Part shown: positions 63,594 to 64,000 of the stretch, piece by piece
Numbering within the stretch: the stretch's first letter is position 1
Layout of the letters: every line of letters starts with the position of its first letter
Source: Chlorokybus atmophyticus
Lineage: Eukaryota; Plantae; Mesostigma and Chlorokybus algae
Direction of reading: 5' to 3'
Length of the DNA stretch: 64,000 bases
Assembly: GCA_009103225.1 (NCBI GenBank)
Contig: RHPI01003009.1
Location: 296,234 to 360,233 of the forward strand
Notes under the pieces: generated by a model
What the model saw: only the letters and a program-made list of their open reading frames with translations
Database searches by the model: none
Told to the model about the DNA's origin: nothing
Translations under genes and position numbers: made by a program

Positions 63594-63605
63594 TGGTATC
63601 GGAGC
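63594..63605 (+). promoter_or_regulatory. Primer-binding site complementary to the tRNA-iMet 3' end
   Basis: TGGTATCGGAGC vs the canonical TGGTATCAGAGC (one mismatch), directly after the ...CA LTR end. Confidence 0.75.
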
Positions 63606-63630
63606 ACGGGCGGCAAGGGGCCTGTGGGAG

Positions 63631-63815
63631 GGGCGGCGGCAGGCGGCAGGGGCGGCGGCAGGCGGCAGGCGGCGGCAAGCGGCAGCGACGTTAAACTAGT
63701 GGTAGTTAAAGTGTTTTATGTTTTAACTATAATAGTTAAACGCTGCTGCTGGTGCCTAGCCTAGCCTAGCCTAGCCTAGCTTGCCATGCCATGCATGCCA
63801 TGCCTAGCCTAGCAT
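63631..63815 (+). repeat. Short tandem repeats in the retroelement leader: (GGCGGCA/GGCA)n and (GCCTA)n/(GCCAT)n
   Basis: Seen directly at ~63631-63686 and ~63755-63815. Confidence 0.85.
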
Positions 63816-64000
63816 GCCTGTCCTTGTCTAGTTTCTTATTGTGTGAAGGGATCCGGCCATTCAGGCCTGTCCCTGAAGCATTACATTGCAGCACAACACA
63901 TAGTAAAAATACATTGATTGTATTATATTGTGTGTGTACCACCACGTGGATTCGTGGTGGTGTAAGGGTTTTTCTATTAATTTGGAAACTCCCTTGGGGG

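Overview
Eukaryotic nuclear DNA with GC-rich exons, short spliceosomal introns, AT-rich intergenic blocks and two N-gaps. The plant-like CBP80, EXO84, LHCA3 and IQM sequences suggest a green-plant lineage, probably a streptophyte alga (inference). I can reconstruct 12 recognisable spliced genes by hand: SAR1, CBP80, EXO84, LHCA3, an IQM protein, a plastid-type cysteine synthase, NUDCD1, a LEA-like protein, a TrmA/RlmD-type methyltransferase, a TLC-domain protein, NOL11-like, and a YihQ-type GH31 glycosidase. There is also one orphan CDS and one weak multi-exon membrane-protein candidate. Mobile DNA: a complete 468-bp Tc1/mariner-type MITE with a related partial neighbour, a frameshifted RLE-type non-LTR retrotransposon remnant, and the 5' LTR plus PBS of an LTR retrotransposon at the right edge. 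Most interesting: (1) the GH31 keeps the whole sulfoquinovosidase sulfonate-binding motif and has a possible targeting peptide and membrane anchor; (2) four perfect CArG boxes, three within TTCCC-W6-GGGA(A/G) near-palindromes, sit upstream of it; (3) the LTR holds five consecutive palindromes/hairpins; (4) a decayed copy of the LHCA3 promoter and first exon contains an inverted-duplication hairpin. All gene models and family assignments come from motif recognition by eye; no database search was run.
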